A DNA stretch of 64,000 nucleotides from a virus (lineage: Duplodnaviria; Heunggongvirae; Uroviricota; Caudoviricetes). How positions within the stretch are numbered: position 1 is the first letter of the stretch; each line of letters opens with the position of its first letter. This document shows, piece by piece, positions 63,582 to 64,000 of this stretch. Where the stretch lies: the IMG/VR virus record IMGVR_UViG_3300022750_000190. One strand, written 5' to 3'. The translations under genes and the position numbers were made by a program. The notes under the pieces are model-generated. The model was given only the letters and a program-made list of their open reading frames with translations, was not told where the DNA came from and made no database searches.

Positions 63582-64000
63582 ATGAACGTATGGCACAAAT
63601 ACAAAAACTACCTGTTCAAATCCTTAATCGCTTCAATGGATACCGAAATCAAAGTAGTCATTGATAAAAACACAAATAAACCATTTTTCTGTGTTGATGA
63701 CCTCTTGTCTTTTTGTGGCTATAAAAAAGACGAAGATGGTTCGATTGACCGTACCAATATTAAACGTTATCAAGAACGACTGAAAGTAGTTCATTTTTTT
63801 GAGCTTTTCCCAAATCTCAGTTTTATCTCTCTTGATAGCATGAAAACCTTCAATAGCGTTGTCTTCTCTATTTCTGGTAGTGAACAAAAGAAATTGAAAG
63901 CCAACGATGTGATTCGGATCACTTTGAATACTTACATTGCTGATTGCAAATCAAAGACAGAAATCGAAGTCTCTGATGATGCTGTTGAGTCATTCATCAC
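63582..64000 (+). CDS. partial ORF, Bro-N-like DNA-binding protein (runs off the window)
   Basis: EIKVVIDKNTNKPFFCVDDLLSFCGY resembles the Bro-N start; open to the window end. Confidence 0.55.
   Translation, partial: MNVWHKYKNYLFKSLIASMDTEIKVVIDKNTNKPFFCVDDLLSFCGYKKDEDGSIDRTNIKRYQERLKVVHFFELFPNLSFISLDSMKTFNSVVFSISGSEQKKLKANDVIRITLNTYIADCKSKTEIEVSDDAVESFI

Noticed and set aside
1-64000. Alternative genetic code (stop reassignment)
   Set aside because: The standard code gives dense ORFs, and recognisable proteins (NhaP, pirin, CreA) are full length. TAA, TAG and TGA all act as stops.
1-64000. Assignment to phiKZ-like phages or to a named phage, or proof of phage versus megaplasmid
   Set aside because: No hallmark structural, polymerase or replication genes are present. 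The abundant sigma70 promoters point to host RNA polymerase use, but identity needs a database search.

Overview
The window looks like the accessory (early-gene) region of a large AT-rich bacteriophage or phage-like element. It has about 110 short, densely packed, mostly + strand ORFs. Many are monocistronic, with sigma70-type promoters (TTGxxx-17-TATAAT) and rho-independent terminators. There is one tRNA(CAT). No capsid, tail, replication, integrase or transposase gene is recognisable, so the phage call is an inference. Host-like genes (nhaP, creA, a pirin) suggest a gammaproteobacterial, probably Pseudomonas-like, host. The most striking feature is a 10.5-kb minus-strand array of five paralogous genes (22758-33186). 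They encode Sec-exported proteins with a variable N-terminal tip carrying a conserved GKN loop, a stalk of 5-8 shuffled two-cysteine modules and a conserved Cys-free C-terminal domain. A second theme is stand-alone or catalytically degenerate domains that could act as anti-defence decoys: three P-loop-less MoxR-like AAA+ paralogs, a C-terminal fragment of a PtuA/AAA_21-like ATPase and a lone DUF4325 STAS domain. These sit alongside Acb1-like, ArdB/KlcA-like and Lar-like genes. RNA and translation maintenance genes include a tandem Pth2, an RLIG1-like RNA ligase, ART-fold proteins and a structured ncRNA candidate before the tRNA. All family assignments come from motif recognition by eye, without database searches.
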